The notes beneath the pieces are model-generated. The model was not told the origin of the DNA and searched no databases. It saw only the letters and a list, made by a program, of their open reading frames with translations. A DNA stretch of 60,163 nucleotides, from assembly GCA_026415985.1 (NCBI GenBank), contig JAOAGA010000001.1:1-60163 (forward strand). The letters are read 5' to 3'. This document shows positions 56,986-60,163 of this stretch, piece after piece; position 1 is the first letter of the stretch; each line of letters opens with the position of its first letter. This DNA comes from Pseudomonadota bacterium (GTDB lineage: Bacteria > CALINM01). Position numbers and translations under genes: made by a program.

Positions 56986-57216
56986 ATGGCTAAAATAGTT
57001 AAATTAATTGATTTAATTGAAAAAAAGACAGAAGAATTAGCAGGCGAAGTAGTTTCTCCGTCAGGGGTAAAAAATATTGATATTCTTAACTATATTGAAA
57101 AAAGATTACAGGTTTTATCTGCTAAGAGTGATATGGATAATATGAAGAAGTTAAGTGCTGAAAATGAAAAAAGTTTTCTGATGAAACTTAAAAAAAGGAT
57201 TGATAGTGATGACTGA
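56986..57216 (+). CDS. hypothetical 76-aa protein, first ORF of the cob operon
   Basis: Charged helical sequence MAKIVKLIDLIEKKTEEL.... Its stop overlaps the cobD-like start by 8 nt. There is no SD and no recognised family, so coding status is uncertain. Confidence 0.4.
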   Translation: MAKIVKLIDLIEKKTEELAGEVVSPSGVKNIDILNYIEKRLQVLSAKSDMDNMKKLSAENEKSFLMKLKKRIDSDD

Positions 57217-58222
57217 AAGGGCTCATGGTGGGAATAAGAAGTCTCATTACGATTTCAGCGTAAACTTAAACCCCTTTATTTCAGAAAAATATATTAAGAA
57301 AATTATTTCTTCTATCTCACAGTATGCCATAAGCTACCCGGAAGAACGATCAGAAAGCCTTTTAGAAGTTCTGGCAAATTTTTATAAGTTAAAAAATGAA
57401 CAAATTGTTGCTGGTAACGGCTCCATAGAACTTCTATATTACATTCCAAGAGTAATGAAAGTTAAAAGAATAGTTACACTTGAGCCAACCTTTTGCGAAT
57501 ATAGGTACCTTTCAGAGATTTACGGCATCATACATCTTCCCATTTACAACAAAGACTATTTTTCGTGGGATTTTGAAGAACTGAAGAACACTGTTAAAAA
57601 TGGTGATCTTGTAATAGTTTGCAACCCTAACAACCCTACTGGTAATATTTTTCCTAAAGAAACCCTTTTAGATCTTTTGTCAAGGGGTGTTTATATGCTT
57701 GTTGATGAAGCCTTTATGGATTTTTCAGAAAGAGATGAGAGTCTTATAAATTATTTAAATAATTATGAGAAGTTGTTAGTTCTTAAATCTTTCACAAAAA
57801 TTTTTTCAATCGCAGGTTTAAGAATAGGCTTCATGCTTGGTAATAAAAGCATTATAGATAATTTAAAAAGGATACTTCCCCTTTGGAATGTGAACGCTAT
57901 AGCCATTGAGGCTACAAAGATGATCTTAAAGGATAGAGAAATAATTGAAAAAACAAAAGAGTTAATAAAAAGAGAGAGAAAATTTTTGCTTAATGGCTTA
58001 AAAGAGCTACCTCTTAATGTCTTTAATAGTAATGCCAATTTTTTTTTAATAAAGATGGAAAGAGCAAAGGATTTTGTGAGTTTTGCTGAGAAGGAGGGTA
58101 TATCTGTAAGAACTAGTGCAGGTTTCTTGGGACTTGATGATACCTATATAAGAGTTGCGGTAAAAAAAAGGCCTGAAAATAGAATTCTTTTAAATACTTT
58201 CAGGAAGTTTTTTAAGGTATAG
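57209..58222 (+). CDS. cobD: threonine-phosphate decarboxylase-like class I/II aminotransferase (CobD/CobC type)
   Basis: CNPNNPTG and PLP-lysine context SFTKIFSIAGLRIGF. Its context next to cbiB/cbiA behind a B12 riboswitch supports the call. ATG 57209 has AAGGA 9 nt upstream. Confidence 0.75.
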   Translation: MTERAHGGNKKSHYDFSVNLNPFISEKYIKKIISSISQYAISYPEERSESLLEVLANFYKLKNEQIVAGNGSIELLYYIPRVMKVKRIVTLEPTFCEYRYLSEIYGIIHLPIYNKDYFSWDFEELKNTVKNGDLVIVCNPNNPTGNIFPKETLLDLLSRGVYMLVDEAFMDFSERDESLINYLNNYEKLLVLKSFTKIFSIAGLRIGFMLGNKSIIDNLKRILPLWNVNAIAIEATKMILKDREIIEKTKELIKRERKFLLNGLKELPLNVFNSNANFFLIKMERAKDFVSFAEKEGISVRTSAGFLGLDDTYIRVAVKKRPENRILLNTFRKFFKV

Positions 58223-58224
58223 CT

Positions 58225-59208
58225 ATGGCTTTTACAATAGAAGAAATTTTAAATTACAAAATAAGTTTTATATTTGTCGGCGTATTTTATGAGCTATTCT
58301 TTCAGTATCCTTCCTTTTTACCACATCCAATCAGAGTTATGGGGAAAATAATAGAAGGTGGCGAGGCTCTGTTACTAAAAGATTCAGACAGTAACAATAT
58401 AAAACTTTTAAAAGGGATTCTTCTGGGGTTAATCTGTGTCTTTTCGACCTTTGTGTTTTTTTATTACTTGGAGAAGTTAATAACAAATAAATATTTACTG
58501 TTTTTTTACAGAACCTTTTTTACCATAGCTATTTTTGCGGGGGGCTCTCTCTTTTTTGAATGTCTTAAGATCTCAAAACTAATTGAGCTTAAAATGATTA
58601 ATCCTGCGAGAAAAGCCTTATCTATGCTTGTTACAAGGGATACTTCAGATATGGATGATAGTAAGATCTGTGAAACCACAATAGAGACACTTTCTGAAAA
58701 TCTCTGTGACGGGGTAATTGCTCCGCTTTTTTACCTCTTTTTAGGAGGTATACCCCTTGCCATGGCTTATAAGATGGCTTCTACTCTTGACTCAATGGTG
58801 GGTTATAAAAATGAGAAGTATCTCTTTTTTGGTAAGTTTTCTGCAAGGTTAGATGACCTCTTTAACTTTATCCCCGCAAGGATAACAGCTTTTTTGATAT
58901 TTATATCAAGCTTTATTATGGGTCTAAATGTTTCTGAAAGCTTTAAAGCATGGTTAAGGGACAGAAACAAAACAGATAGCCCAAATAGTGGTCATCCCGA
59001 GTCTGCAATGGCGGGTGCCTTAGGGATCTCTTTTGGTGGTAAGGTTAGTTACTTTGGTAAGGTTTATGATAAGCCAATGATTGGTTTAAAAAGGCAAAAA
59101 CCTTCTGTTGATTTGGTTAAGAAGGCCGTTAAGTTATCCTATTTCACTGTGTTAATCTTTCTCGCCATTGGGTTTTTAGGTGAGTATCTTATCAGAAGGT
59201 GGTTATGA
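58225..59208 (+). CDS. cbiB: adenosylcobinamide-phosphate synthase
   Basis: HPIRVMGK near the N-terminus, SPNSGHPESAMAGALG, and a multi-TM profile. Confidence 0.9.
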   Translation: MAFTIEEILNYKISFIFVGVFYELFFQYPSFLPHPIRVMGKIIEGGEALLLKDSDSNNIKLLKGILLGLICVFSTFVFFYYLEKLITNKYLLFFYRTFFTIAIFAGGSLFFECLKISKLIELKMINPARKALSMLVTRDTSDMDDSKICETTIETLSENLCDGVIAPLFYLFLGGIPLAMAYKMASTLDSMVGYKNEKYLFFGKFSARLDDLFNFIPARITAFLIFISSFIMGLNVSESFKAWLRDRNKTDSPNSGHPESAMAGALGISFGGKVSYFGKVYDKPMIGLKRQKPSVDLVKKAVKLSYFTVLIFLAIGFLGEYLIRRWL

Positions 59209-60163
59209 GAATAAGAGGTTTGATTATCTCTGCTGTCAAGAGTGGTTCAGGAAAAACAATCGCAAGCCTTTCTGTGATGAATTTGCTTAAAGAGGCGGGC
59301 TATGATGTAATACCCTTTAAAACAGGTCCAGACTTTATAGATACTTCTCATTATAAATATGTTTGTGGGTTAGATGGCAGAAATCTTGACACCTTCTTTA
59401 TGAAAAAAAGTTTTATCTTATGGAATATTATGGATGCCATTAAAGAGATGAAGGCTAAAAATCCCTTTATTGTTATTGAGGGAGCTATGGGGCTTTTCGA
59501 TGGTTACGGGGAAAAAGGAGCAGGCAGTACTGCAGAGCTGGCTAAATTATTGAATCTGCCTGTTGTTCTTGTTGTTGATGCAAAAGGGATGGGGCAGTCA
59601 GTCTCGGCTTTGGTTGCAGGTTTTAAAGGTTGGGATAGAAAAGTTAATATTGCCGGTATATTGCTAAATAACGTAGGGTCAGAGAAACATTTTGATCTTC
59701 TGAAAAAAAGTTTAGAAAAAACGGATGCAAGGCCTATCGGTTATATAAAAAGAGATGAATCACTATCAATACCTTCAAGACATTTAGGTATCTCAATGGG
59801 ATATGAAAGGGATAAAAAGCTTGATGATGCTTTGAAATCTGCAAAGGAAGGTCTTGATAAGAAAAAGATTGAGGATATATCAGAGGAATTAAACCTTGGC
59901 GGAGAGATTAAGATATCTCTTAAATGGAGCAAGAAAAGAATTTATATTGCCTTTGATGAAGCCTTTTGTTTTTGCTACAAGGAAAATATCAGGCTTTTGA
60001 GTGAGGCAGGTGATGTGAGATTTTTTTCACCACTCATGGATAAATCTCTTGATTTGCCTGATTTTATCTACTTGCCAGGTGGCTATCCCGAGCTTTTTGC
60101 GGATAAACTTTCTGAAAACAAGAATATGATGGGCTACATAAAAGATTATGTTAAAAATGGAGG
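59205..60163 (+). CDS. cbiA: cobyrinate a,c-diamide synthase (partial, runs off window)
   Basis: My translation from ATG 59205 (ATGA overlap with the cbiB stop) reads MRIRGLIISAVKSGSGKTIASLSVMNLLKEAGYDVIPFKTGPDFIDTSH...EGAMGLFDG, the CbiA/CobB N-terminal ATPase domain. Not in the ORF track because no stop lies inside the window. Confidence 0.85.
   Translation, partial: MRIRGLIISAVKSGSGKTIASLSVMNLLKEAGYDVIPFKTGPDFIDTSHYKYVCGLDGRNLDTFFMKKSFILWNIMDAIKEMKAKNPFIVIEGAMGLFDGYGEKGAGSTAELAKLLNLPVVLVVDAKGMGQSVSALVAGFKGWDRKVNIAGILLNNVGSEKHFDLLKKSLEKTDARPIGYIKRDESLSIPSRHLGISMGYERDKKLDDALKSAKEGLDKKKIEDISEELNLGGEIKISLKWSKKRIYIAFDEAFCFCYKENIRLLSEAGDVRFFSPLMDKSLDLPDFIYLPGGYPELFADKLSENKNMMGYIKDYVKNG

Noticed and set aside
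1-60163. Searched for mobile elements, prophage genes, CRISPR repeats, toxin-antitoxin pairs and defence-island genes.
   Set aside because: No transposase, integrase, recombinase or phage-like translation appears in any listed ORF. There is no regularly spaced repeat array. Nearly every ORF over 100 aa has a clear housekeeping identity. The window looks like core chromosome.

Overview
AT-rich bacterial chromosomal window that is almost entirely coding. I count about 66 protein genes, one tRNA-Asp and one cobalamin riboswitch. The content is mainly core housekeeping in long, often translationally coupled operons. (1) Minus-strand run ruvX-mltG-M42 peptidase-argS-SPOR-tatC-DUF948-YtxH. (2) Minus-strand purine operon mnmG-purB-purSL-purQ-purF-pyrE-lipoprotein-purM, with purN convergent to it. 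(3) Plus-strand run of 17 genes: TIGR01212 radical SAM, rimI, pyrK, pyrD, yihY, exbB/exbD/ftsB, a GAF-GGDEF cyclase, a CN-hydrolase, heptose-7-P kinase, DUF4416, yicC, gmk, rpoZ and rel/spoT. (4) sucCD. (5) Minus-strand run ribF-DUF2723-aroE-REC/GGDEF-REC/PAS/GAF-IHF-four-subunit 2-oxoacid:ferredoxin oxidoreductase-XRE/cupin regulator-M24 peptidase-SLT-TPR-pgsA. (6) A cobalamin riboswitch in front of a small ORF plus cobD-cbiB-cbiA. Gene content (OFOR, PyrK/PyrD type 1B DHODH, cbi-type B12 genes) suggests an anaerobe. A Thermodesulfovibrio/Nitrospirota-like or deltaproteobacterial-like origin is only a guess. I found no transposase, integrase, prophage, CRISPR array, toxin-antitoxin pair or recognisable defence island, and no convincing novel multi-gene system. 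The observations most worth a second look are: a membrane sensor ending in an uncharacterised Cys4 tail; a REC-PAS-GAF protein with a degenerate (pseudo) histidine-kinase C-terminus next to a REC-GGDEF; a TIGR01212 radical-SAM gene translationally coupled to a GNAT gene (a split Elp3-like layout); mnmG lacking any canonical start codon; and a riboswitch terminator that abuts an unknown 76-aa leader ORF of the cob operon. All protein calls come from by-eye motif recognition of the supplied translations. No database search was run.
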